A program made the translations under genes and the position numbers. Below the pieces are notes generated by a model, which was not told the DNA's origin, searched no databases, and worked only from the letters and a program-made list of their open reading frames with translations. 64,000 nucleotides of DNA. Origin: Chrysemys picta bellii (Eukaryota). Positions 13,711-25,285 of the stretch are shown piece by piece (the first letter of the stretch is position 1; each line of letters starts with the position of its first letter). Location: the NCBI RefSeq assembly GCF_011386835.1, contig NC_088800.1, forward strand, positions 20,708,001 through 20,772,000. Reading direction: 5' to 3'.

Positions 13711-15432
13711 ATCTTTAAAAACCTGGCTCTGGAGGAGTGGCACTTCAGGGTGGTACCATTGCTGTAGCAGGAATTTGAAGGCAGTAATGAAGGGAGAGGA
13801 TTAGTGATGGGTACACCTCAAAAAGTTCTCTCCAGTTTCCATGAATTTGGAAGTTTATCCAAACCATCTGGACCACTCTGAGATGACAACACTGGTCTGG
13901 AAATGTCACAAGAACAGCTCTGTGACTGCAGAGCCAACCTCACTTCAGTTAATATGCATACTGCATCCCTAAATCATTGCAGGAAAGTCAGCCTCTTCTT
14001 CCCACCCTATCCAGCCAGCAGGTCACGATCCCAAACCTGGCATTCAAGAGAGTCTTATGCAGGGAGCCCAATGCCATGCTGCCCAGCACTGTTTGGTATC
14101 AGAAGGGTGTAATTAGCCATTCTGAGAGTGTAGTAGGGCCAGGCGTGGCCTGCAGTATGTAAGCACAGGACATACTGCATCTTTTTGGAGCAGCAGTAAA
14201 TTCCATTCCACTGTGCATTCCCCTGCAAATCTGAGCCAGCAAGAGATTGCCACCTCCACCCCTCAAATATACAAAGTATTGTAAAGATAAGATTTTACTC
14301 CTAGTAAATGTACAATACCTAGAGTATCCATTTGGTGGTAGATCCTGCGCTCTGTAATGCACTTTTTATTCTTATGAGCTAGGGATGTCTGGATAAGTGA
14401 GAAACAGAATAGGAAAAAAAAAGATTCAGTGTCATCATCCTTGGACTTGTGAACATAAAATAATGCAGTACACTGGCTATGAGCATGTAGTATAATTGTA
14501 CCATAAAATATGGAGTATCTGCAAGGCAACTGTTGATATACAGTTATATCTATAGCTTTCACTTCTCTTTGGCATCCTTTTGCACTAGGACACTTATGTA
14601 TTTACAAAAACATAGATTTCAGTCTATAATCATTTATGGCAAATTTCAAGGAGCAGTATTGAAAATCAACATTTAATTTCTGTAAAAACTACCTGCTTTG
14701 TCTTACCCTAACAGAGGCTTTCTCTGAGAATATCCCTTACCTGGCCATAATACAATCATTATCTGCATTATTAAAAGCAAATCTACAGCATAGCTAGGAA
14801 ATCATAACAAAACAGCATAGCAAGCTCAAGATATCCTGCAGAATTTAAACAGACAAAATCAGTGCAATTCTCCAGCCAAGATGTGCACAGCTCCCCTCCC
14901 TTCTTGTTTTCTAACTAGACAGAGAAGCATCTTTATCGAATGAAAACCTAGCAATACAAACCCCGTTCTTCCTTGTCCCCTCTCCCCATGCTGATGAACT
15001 GCCGAAGTTGCAGTGGCTCACAGTGTAGGTTCTCAAGCTGTTGAGAGCTCAGGATTGAGCCTATGACTGCTGGGATTCTCCCTTGTGGCCACAAACCCAG
15101 CAACCCCCTCCGGAGGCTCTAGGGGTCATCGGTGGGCGTTTCTTCAGACGGATGGACGCATCGCTCGGGGACTCCTCTCCAAACACTTGGGTGAAGATGC
15201 GGTTGGAAATTCTCGAACTGGGTTAAAAAAGAAAAAGAAAAAACCCTTTCGGATGATTCAGCCCCGCTTCCCTCCAACCCCCCCCCCCCCCCTCTACCGA
15301 CTGAACTGAAGAAGTATGGAAACTTCCTGCAAAATACTACGTGAGAGGCATCAGCAAATCTTTGCTGCACACCCATCCAGATGCTGCAGCAGCCGCAAGA
15401 GTGGCTGCCCAGCGATTTCTCTCTTGGCTCAC

Positions 15433-15600
15433 CGGAGCCTGCAGCTACCATCCCTCCTGAAACACGAGGTTTTGGGACATGGCATCTGGAGGCACAGCAG
15501 CACCTCTGTTGAGGTGTCAGAGGGGTCCTTATCGTGCAAGCAACAATGTCACGCAGACAAGGGTTTTCTCACGGGCTGGTTTTCAAGCAAAGCAAGTGAA
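15433..15600 (-). other. CTXN2: Candidate non-coding first exon of CTXN2 in a CpG-enriched patch
   Basis: Minus-strand donor CCG|GTGAGC at 15433/15432, within a locally CpG-rich region (about 15100-15900). The CTXN2 coding exon has an acceptor and needs an upstream exon. The 5' end is not defined. Confidence 0.4.
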
Positions 15601-16119
15601 AGCGGGGAGGCGGGATTTGAAATTGACTAAGGTGTTCTGTGGCTATCTGCACTAAATTGCTTATTTCCAGAACAATGCGGGGGCTCTCGCCTTTCATTCT
15701 GTGTGGGCTATCTGAATTATTTAGGTCGGTTAATTTAGCCCTCGGGTGCAGTCTGGTTAAGTAGAAAGCGCGGGTATATAATCAGTGCACTGTGCTAACA
15801 TCCTAGCCGCATCAGCCCTGGATCTCCCGAGGGAGCGGTCAGACTTTCGATCTCACGCTTTCTACCATCTAGTGATTAATGAGACCGGAAGAGCCATGTT
15901 AAATACCCCGGGTCCAAATCCTGCTCTCCTGCAAGCAACTGGTGTGGAGTAAATGAGCAAGATGTAGGCATGTAGCCCATAACATTCAACTGGTTTCTGT
16001 GAGGTCCGGGGGTGAGCTGAAGAATGGTCTCGTCTTATTTTGTGTCTACCTCTGGCATTGCCAGCACCCCTTCTCCCAGCAGTTTAATAATAAATAATTA
16101 TTAATAATAATCATGTCCT

Positions 16120-16140
16120 GGAGCTGTCATTAGTGCTGAA
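16120..16140 (-). promoter_or_regulatory. Candidate RE1/NRSE (REST site)
   Basis: Minus strand TTCAGCACTAATGACAGCTCC versus consensus TTCAGCACCACGGACAGCGCC; both half-sites present at canonical spacing. Confidence 0.5.
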
Positions 16141-16774
16141 GCTTCTTTGCCGAGTTTGTGCCTAAGTTACATATGTCTTGTAGATCTCTGTTTGCAAATA
16201 TAAATTTAAAAAATAAGGATTCCACTTGCCATATTAGAAGGTGGTATTAACATGTATGTGGCTACCAGATGAAGAATTATTTTAAGTTGTTTTAACTTTA
16301 ATATATTATGTTTTAATATATTAAATTTAAAAAAAAACCGCTCAGGCACATTTTAACCAATCATTCCATTTCCGTGCATTCCAGTAATTAGGCACTGCAT
16401 TGGAAATTCATACTGATTTCAGTGGCACAGGACAGGTATCCAAGTAAGTATCAAGGATGACAAGGTTTGCAGTTACACTGGCTAGCTGAACACCTCAGGT
16501 ATGTGCTGAAACACAAGGTTCAAGGGTAAAGACAGGGGAAGTCCTGGTATAAATGCATATCTTGAAAGGTTTTTTAATTGCTTTAATTAAAATAGAGTTT
16601 TAACTATTGTTAAATAAATACAATAAATATAATTTGTGAAGTTATTTTTTCTGAGAAAATGGGGGGAAGGTTTTTTCCTGCTGTGTATTGTTATGTTTAC
16701 ATATTAATCATTTTTTTCATTGTTTGTACAGCACCTAGCACAATGGGGGGGTCCTAAGACTTTGGGCCCTCTCA

Positions 16775-18684
16775 CAGGGCCGGTGCAACCATTAGGCGAA
16801 CTAGGCGGTCACCTAGGGTGCCAAGTGGTTGGGGGCGTCCAAGATTTTTCCTCCCTCCCCTCCCTTCCCCTCACACAGAGTGCGGTGTGGCGGATTGGGC
16901 GCCTGGCCTGATTTAGCAGCTCCCATTGGCCTCCAGCAGGCAGAGCCCCTCCCCTATTCCCCCCCTCCCCTTGCCTCAGTGTCGTGTCGCCAGCACACTG
17001 TGGGGGAGGGGCTGTGTGCTTCGCAGCCTGTTTATTTTGGCTCCACGTGGAGTCAGCGGCTGGAGCGGCATGGTGGTAAGGGGAATCCCAGAGGGGCTGT
17101 CAGGGGGCGGGGGGAGAGTTGGATGGGTCGGGAGTTCTGGGGGGGTCTCTCAGGAGGCGGGGAGTGGTTGGATGGGGCATGGGAGTCCCGGGGCGGGGGT
17201 GTGGATAAGGGTTGGGGCAGCCAGGGGACAGGTAGGGGTAGGGTCCTAGGGAGGCAGATAGGGTGGGGGGTCTCAGGAGGGGGCAGTCAGGGGACAAGGA
17301 ACAGGGAGGCTTAGATAGGGGGTGAGGTCCTGGGGGGCAGGTAGGGGCAGGGGTCCCAGGAGGGGGCAGCCAGGGGACAAGGAGCGGGGGGGGAGGGGAA
17401 GTGGGAGGGAGTGGATGTGGGTGGGGCTCTCCCCCTGTCCTCTTTTTTGATTGTTGAAATATGGTAACCCTAAAAAAGCGGTGCCCTGGCTCAGCAGGGA
17501 GGAGCCACCTTCCGTAGGCACCGGAGAGCCAGAGTGTCGGCTTGCGGGGGTGGCGAGCCCCAGCCATGGAAGAGCCGGCGCGGCACAGGGGATCAGCAGC
17601 CCTGCAAAGGCAGCGGCACCGCTAGCGGGGAGCAGCCGCACCCCCTACCCCTCGTGCCCAGGCTGCGGCCCGGCGCGCCCCCCCCTCGGGGGCTCCTGCA
17701 GGCTGCAGCAGTTACATGTGGTTGGAGGCCCCTGTGCGCCCCCCGGCTCCCCGCTTGCCGTGCTCGGGCTCTGCAGCTCCAGGCATGTGAGCTACCGGGG
17801 CGCAGGGCCCTGAGCCTATTCTGGGAGGGGCAGCGGCAGTGGCGGCTCACACTCCCAGGAGCCGCAGAGCCCGAGCGTGGCAGGGGGGAGCCGGGAGGCG
17901 CACGGGAGCTGCTGCCCGCATGCATCCACTGCAGGAGCCCCCAGAGGGGGCACCAGGTGGGTTGCAGCCCAGGCAGGCGCACCCCCCCGGCTTACCCCTC
18001 ACCGCGCTCGGGTTCTGCGGCTCCCAGGCCTGTGAGCCGCTGCTGCCCCTTCTGGAGCAAGCTCAGAACCCTGTGCCCCGGCAGCGGCTCACAGGCCCGG
18101 GAGCTGCAGAGCCCGAGCACAGCGAGGGGAAAGCCGGGGGGCGCATGACGGGCCTGCATCCGCTGCAGACTGTAGGAGACCCCGGGAGGGGAGTGCCCGG
18201 CCGCAGCCTGGGCAGGAGGGGCGGGGGGCGCAGCTGCTCCCTGCTAGCCGCACCACAGCTTTTGCAGGGCTGCTGCCCCCCTCTGCCGCGCCGGCTCCTC
18301 CATGACTGGGGCTCGCCGCCCCCGCAAGCCGATGCTCTGGCTCTCTGGTGCCTCCAGAAGGCAGCTCCTCCCTGCCGAACTGCTGCAGCGGCCCAAGCCC
18401 GGCAAAACCAGTGAGTGGACTCGGGGCGGGGACCGCCGGTGTGGAGTGGGGAGGGCTCATGCGGGGCGGGCTGTGCACCCTTCAGGGGAGTTCAGGGGGC
18501 AGGGAGGGGGGAACCTGGTCTGGGGAGCAGCCCCTGGGCACAACTGGCTCCTGGGCAGGCTGGCCCCTGGGGTCTATAAAGGCTCGTTGGGATTTGCCCC
18601 TCAATGAACCGATGTGTGGGGGGGAGAGGGGGGCGCAAGGTGGAAGTTTCCCCTAGGGTGCAAAATATCCTTGCACCAGCCCTG
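16775..18684. mobile_element. 1.9-kb non-autonomous hAT (Tip100-like) element, chimeric and palindromic inside
   Basis: TIRs CAGGGCCGGTGCAA / TTGCACCAGCCCTG; TSD CCCTCTCA (16767-16774) and CCCTCACA (18685-18692), 7/8 identical. Confidence 0.85.
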
Positions 18685-19286
18685 CCCTCACATAATAGAA
18701 ATGTTTACTACTACTACTAAAAATCTGTGTGATTGTTATCCTGTAATGGCCCTTCATGATCACAGAATGAACAATGTGTATTACGGAAAATGTTACATAT
18801 ATAAAATTAATCTTTAAAGGGATTATTATTTGTAAAGACACTTGGTCCCTTTAAAAACAGATCCTTTCAAAGGATATGATGGGCCAGACTGTGCCTCCAA
18901 AATATACTCGTGAAGGGGGCCTTCTGTGAGTGGTTCTCCCCTGCTGCCTCCGCAGCACCACCACCCTTTTTCTGGGACCCTGCAAAAGGCTCTCCATGAG
19001 TTAAGATTTGCATAGAGGAGAAATGGGAAGTCAGCAGGTTTAGGCTAGTCATTGGGAGGGTCCGCTTTATCTCCTCAACAGTTCAGCACCATTTACTAGG
19101 GAGAGGTAATACAGCTCCAGGCTCTTCTACTAAGCTCTGTTACCTCTTCTGTTGAACGTCTTGACACAGCAGAATCATCCTTTAAGTGGGCCTTCAGATA
19201 GCTGGGGCCAGAGAAGGAGCTGATGGTATGGCTCCATTGGATGTAGCTGTGCTGGCTGCGAATCAGGGGAGGGGCAGGCCTGAGCC

Positions 19287-22200
19287 CAGGGCCGGCCCAC
19301 AACATTTTGGCACCTGAGGCGGGGAGCTCAAATGACGCCCCCATGCCCCCTCGCTTGGGCCAATACTTTGAAAGGTCTCAATTCTGCCTTCTTCCAGTTC
19401 TACTCCTCTCATGGTACTGCTCTGCTACCTACCCCAATAAAGGAGAACTAACAACTTAAAATGCGTTGTTCAAAAATTGTAAGTAATACTTAACTTTCAA
19501 ACGCCTCAACAGCAAATGTAACTTTTCTTGTCTGCATAGTAAACACTGGCATTTTTATCTGTTTGAATAATCAAAGGGGTGCTTTCTTGGTTGCAAAGAT
19601 TTGAACTGTTTCCTGAAGGTCCACAGTCTGGGCCAGCTCATGCTCTATTATTGAGATGGTTGCAAGTCCGACCAGCCTTTCCTGTGTCATTGTGGGTGTA
19701 GATGTGTTTTATTAACTTCAGCTTGGAGAAGCTGCGTTCTCCACTGGCAACTGTTACAGGAAGTGTTAGAAGTATGTGCAGAGCAACAAAAGCATTTGGA
19801 AAGAGGGTGGTCATCTTATTTGTGCACATATATTCATTCCAGAACAGCCTTTGGAGTTGATCCTGCTGAAATGTATCTTGAAAGGGCTTTCAGTTCATCA
19901 CCTAAATCACTCGCATCAATATCGTGCATGTCATCATATGTCAACACTGTCTCTAGTGCCCTGCATTGCTGGTGTAGGTCTTCTTCAGGTAGAGTGAGGA
20001 GTTTTGGAATATCATACAACATCCCAAATATACTGCTGTGTTCCTTGAGCTGCATGAAATGTTCTTCAACTGACTGTATTGCACAATCTAGCACCTGGTT
20101 AAAGAATTCAACTTTGAATTGTTGTTTGGGGTCTCTTATGGGATTATCCTGTGCCTTGTAATCAAAATGTCTTTTTCTTCGGTGACTCTTGTATTCTTGA
20201 ATGGGTGGGAAAATAGCTTCAGTGTGAAGTTCCTCTGCCAACTTCTGTGCAGTCTTCAGAACGTTTTGAAGTCCCTCATCTGACCGGTAAAACTGTAGGT
20301 ATGACTTTGCTTTGTCCAGTTGTTCCATTGCTCCAGATATATCAAGGTCAACACCTTGGAGTCTTTTGCTTACAACATTTATTTCAAACAGTATGTCATG
20401 CCACAACACTAAGCCACACAGAAATTTGAAGTTATGTATGTTTCTGGTGATTCCATTTCCCTCTGCCACTGTTCTCCCACGAACAGTTCCTGTCATAGCA
20501 TTATCCTCCATAATGGCAACTATGGCATCATCCGTCTTCCCAATTTGGTGTTTGGTAGGCTTTATTGCCTCCACTCAACTTTCCCATCGTGTGGCACTCA
20601 ATGGTTTCAGTGTCAGAGAGGATATTCTAGATGTTGCTTCAAAATTTGTCATCAATGAGTTGATGCAGAGAAAAATACATAGATGCTTTGAATTACATTA
20701 AAAAATTCAGCAGCCTCACTAGAAGCTGATGCTGCATCACTGACCACCAAGTGAATGAGAACTGCATAGGACAAAAAAAGCTTGAGGGTTTAACTCTCGG
20801 ATCTGTGTCTGCACTCCTCTGTTCTTTCCTCTCATGTTGGCACCATTATCATAGCCCTGACCTCTCATGTCAGCTATCGCAATTCCCGTATCTTCCAGGT
20901 TTAAGAAGCACATTTGTCATACCAGCTCCTGTAGTATCATCAATGTCAATAAGTTCTAGAAAATGCTCTCTGACAGTCACCATTGCAGGGACATTTTCAC
21001 TAGGTTCTATTGTTGTTACAAAACACACCATTAAAGTAATTTGTTCTGTATGGCTGATGTCAGGTGTGCAGTCCAGAATAACAGTAATATTTTGCTGACT
21101 TCAGATCTGCCACAATCTTCTGTTTGACTTTTGTTGCCAGTAACTGTATAATCTCGTTTTGAATTGTTTTTCCAAGGTAGTGGTGTGTGTACATTTTTTG
21201 GGTGGTGACTCTTCTTAGATGCTCCTGGAGTACAGTATCAAACTCAGCCATCAGCTCCACAATTTTAACGAAGTTTCCATTGTTTGGCACGTACAGCTGA
21301 TCTGAAGTGCCACGCAGTGCTAGGTTTTGGGTAGCAAGCATTCTCACAATGGCGATGAGCCTTTTCAGAACATTTTGTCAGTAAAGAGACTCTGATGCAA
21401 TCTTCTCTTGATGCTGATCATCTATGGTGGCCTTTAACCTTAGTCTCATCTCAAGCTCTTTCCACCTAAGGAATGCTCGCTGGTGATTTGCTGCCTTCTC
21501 ATGGCATACCAGATTTCTAGCCAGATTTTTCCAGTCCTTTGTTCCTGTAGAACCCAATGTGTCTGGAACATTAGACTGGAAGAGTTTGCAACAAAAACAG
21601 TATGCAGCATTCTGGGTTTTTGAGTACATAAGCCATGGCTTCTCCACTCTGTCACCATTGGGGATTTCACGCCAGTAATGTGTTGGATGGAAACTTCTAT
21701 TTTCATTGTCTTTGGGGAACATGAAGATTTTCACTTGCTGTGGCCCATGGAGTACAAGGAAGTCCCTCAGGCTACTGCTCAAGTGGGTCCACAGTCCTGG
21801 ATCATCTAGACTTAAGGAACTAAACTCAGCAGCAGCTGTTTCTTGCGCCTCCACCTCACTCTTCTCTGATCTACACTTTTTTTCAGGAATGTGCATGGTT
21901 ACATCCATTTGAGATGGAGATATGGATGCTGCAGTAGCTGCCAGGTCACCTGCACTCTGACTAACTGGAAGATCAGGCATCTCCTCACCATTCACATCCT
22001 CACTGGGGCCGGAAGGCTCACTGTGAACATTTGTGTCTATGTATCCCAGGAGAGCTCCTTCCTGCTTAGATAAAAAAGCTTCCTTTGCTTTCTTTCTTTG
22101 AATGCTGCCCAGAGGGGCGTTTTCTTCTTTCACTCATGACTGCTGTTCTGTGCCAGCTATAGTGGCTCTCAACACTCAATTGAAGGGGACAAATAAGCAA

Positions 22201-22641
22201 GCTGGTAGCAGGGCCTGAGTGAGGGAAGATATCAGCGTCTTAAGGGCCTAACTGGCTCCTACTACTTCAGTTGACTGCCTGTTCCCCTCAAGTGGATTCA
22301 GGGAAGCAGCAGGAAACAGGAGAAGCTGTTGTTAATCAGTCCAGGCTCCTGGGGGTGCTAGAGAGGTACATAAGAGGCTCCTCCTCCTCTCTCTCCCTGC
22401 AGCTCCTGCTGCTTTCTGTTATTCCCTCTCACCTTTTCTCCTGCCCGCCTGTTATGTCGCTTGTGCCCTCCTTCCTCCAGCACAGCACTCCACCATCTTT
22501 GTGCATCTACAGCAGAGAGAATACATATGCAGCAGCAGCAGACACAATTTTCTACACTCTGGGTCCTAGTGCGCCCCCCCCCCCCACAGTCTGGCACCTG
22601 AGGTGGCCGCCTCAGTTCGCCTCATGGTAAGGCCAGCCCTG
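19287..22641 (-). mobile_element. Full-length (3.36 kb) hAT DNA transposon, Tip100-like
   Basis: TIRs CAGGGCCGGCC / GGCCAGCCCTG; perfect 8-bp TSD CCTGAGCC (19279-19286 and 22642-22649); internal transposase. Confidence 0.93.
19571..22137 (-). pseudogene. Disrupted hAT transposase (TTF-type Zn finger / DUF4371 / hAT C-terminal dimerisation; ZMYM1-like class)
   Basis: Fragments across frames: MSERRKRPSG start at 22137, WLMYSKTQNAAYCFCCKLF, ILDCTPDISH (1st D), RGQGYDNGANM (2nd D), CSSH, TRW, TLPVTVASGERSFSKLKLIK (E), TGA at 19571-19573. In-frame TGA at 21378-21380 where W is expected, plus several frameshifts. Confidence 0.9.
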
Positions 22642-23650
22642 CCTGAGCCATTTTGGCGGTAGCCAGCCTCTATGTGGATGGCTCTTGCCTCCTGGAGATC
22701 TTCAAGTTCCATAGTGTGGAAGTGCCGTTCATTCACCCTTGCCTCCTCTTGGAATGATTTTGGGAAATCCTCATGCTGTTTTCCTCCCCTCAGGTGCCCT
22801 CCTGTAAAAACGGATGCTGAGGCCAATCATTTAAAAATTGGAACTATTCTCTTCACACTTATACTATTACAGGCTTGAGTAGCCTGATCTTGTAACTGGT
22901 TCTTGAAACTGGCACTTGCAGTTTTATTTCAAACATTTCCCCCCACTGCATTTTTATCTGTTTGACTTCCATTTTTCATGGAAACCAAACTAGAGAAGCA
23001 GTGGGTAGCCAGCAGCTGAGAATGAGAGAGCTGCTGGTTGTCAGTAGTAGTGTTGTTTTTTCAAATTCCCAGTGCAGTCCAAAGTGTTGTACTTTAGAAT
23101 GGGGGGAAAACAATGAAAGATGAAAGTAAATGAAGCCACCACTTCCCCCCTTGGGTTGTAGTAGTGAATTCTTGGATCGCAAACTGGTTAACTGTTTGGT
23201 ATGCTAGATACCTGAACAAATGGAACCTTCATCACCCCTCATTTTCCATTTTCCATCAGGCTGAATTTCTACTGAATTCAGCAATACAACCCCCATTAGC
23301 TTAATTTAGAGTTTGCACTGATTTGACCCTAGATTCCTTTCCTAAAGAGGATTAAGGGTACATTGGAAATGGATCCCTTGAATAGGAATTGAAATGTTAT
23401 AGTCATCTAATAATTTAGTATTTTGATCTTTGCAGATTTCATCAGGCAAAATTAAGGTTGGTTAGGTGGTGCAAAGCAAATGGGGTGGGAATGAGTGACA
23501 GTGGGAAGCTAGCTATATATATATATAATTAAATCCATGGTACACCCACATCTTGAATACTGCTTGCAGATGTGGTTGCCCCATCTCAAAAAAGATATAT
23601 TGGACTTGGAAAAGGTTCAGAAAAGGGCAACAAAAATGATTAGGGGTATG

Positions 23651-24797
23651 TGTGATGCTCTGTACCTCGGGGGAACATCCTGCATCCCCATGTTCATCCT
23701 TATAATATGATTGTGTGGTATCCAGTGCGAAGTTTGTCATGTCGGGTGTCTTCAGAAGGCTCATGATGCACTGAGCATTGTTGTTATAGTAATGTTATAG
23801 GTTGTAATTTCATGTGTATAGTTATGAGGCTGAAAATGTGTCCTAATGGTTTAAAACAAGCCTAGGCAAAAACTCTCCAAGAGCAGAGGCCCAGGCAAAA
23901 CTCTCCAAGAGCAGAGGGGCAGTTCATACCTCATCAGGGCATGTATGGGGCAAACCCAGCCCAGCCTCACAGGAACAAAGGACACTGGCCTAGGCAGCAA
24001 CAAAGGATCTGTTGGACTCTTGAGTGAGTCACACTCCTTCCCTTGACCAGTTTGGGACTACGATGAGGTAATGCTCACCTGACTCTGAAGGGGGGGGCAA
24101 AGTCAAGAGGGAAGAAAGGACATGATAAAAGGGAGAGATGTTTGCCATGCTCTCTCTCTCTTCCATCTCCATCTATAGAGACCACCAACAAGCGACTGAA
24201 GCGCTGATCAAAGGGGAGAACCTGGCTGAAGGGTAACCAGCCAGCCTGTGGTGAGAAGCATCTAAGTTTGTAAGGGCACTGAAAGTGTTAAGATCAGCTT
24301 AGAATACATTTTGCTTTTATTTCATTTGACCAAATCTGACTTGTTGTGCTTTGACTTATAATCACTTAAAATCTATCTTTTGTAGTTAATAAATTTGTTT
24401 GTTAATCCTACCTGAAGCAGTGCATTTGGTTTGAAGCATCTCAGAGACTCCCCTTGGGATAACAAGCCTGGTACATATCAATTTCTTTGTTAATTGACAA
24501 ACTCATATAAGCTTGCAGCGTACAGTGGGCATAACTGGACATTATAAGACGGAGGTTCCTAGGGTTGTGTTTGGGACCAGAGCTTTGGCTAGTGTCATTC
24601 AGTTGCAGAATCCAAGCAGTGGCTGGCCAAGAATGCTCACTCACATAGCTGGGAGCAGCTTACATGCCAGAGGCTGTGCGTGAACAGCCCAGGAGTGAGG
24701 GTTCTCACAGTGGAGCAGGGTAAGGCTGGCTCCCAGAGTTGAGGATTGGAGTGACCTAGCAGATCACTGGTCCAGATAACACCAGGGGAACGCCACA
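23651..24797 (+). mobile_element. Solo LTR (1147 bp)
   Basis: TGTG...CACA termini; 5-bp TSD GTATG (23646-23650 and 24798-24802); internal AATAAA near 24390; short internal duplication aggcaaaactctccaagagcagagg near 23863-23918. Orientation inferred from the poly(A) signal. Confidence 0.85.
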
Positions 24798-25285
24798 GTA
24801 TGGAACGTCTGCCGTATGAGGAGAGATTATGAAGACTTGGACTTTTCAGCTTGGAAAAGAGACAACTAAGGGGGGATATGATAGAGGTCTATAAAATCAT
24901 GACTGGTGTGGAAAAAGTAAATAAGGAAGTGTTATTTAGTCCTTCTCATAACACAAGAACTAGGGGCCACCAAATGAAATTAATAAGCAGCAGGTTTAAA
25001 ATAAACAAAAGGAAGTATTTTTTCACACAATGCACAGTCAACCTGTGGAACTCCTTCAGAGGATGTTGTGAAGGCCAAGACTATAACAGGGTTCAAAAAA
25101 GAATTAGATAAATTAATGGAGGATAGGTCCATCAATGGCTATTAGTCAGGATGGGCAGGGATGGTGTCCCTAACCTCTGTTTCCCAGAAGCTGGGAATGG
25201 GCGATGGGATGGATCACTTGATGATTACCTGTTTTGTTCATTCCCTCTGGGGCACCTGGCATTGGCCACTGTCGGAAGGCAGGAT

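Noticed and set aside
16829-18656. Overlapping 100-200 aa ORFs, similar on both strands
   Set aside because: Artefact of the GC-rich palindrome inside a non-autonomous hAT; no transposase or host-protein motifs.
19081-19101. TTCAGCACCAT, possible second RE1
   Set aside because: Only the left half-site is present; the GACAGC right half is missing.
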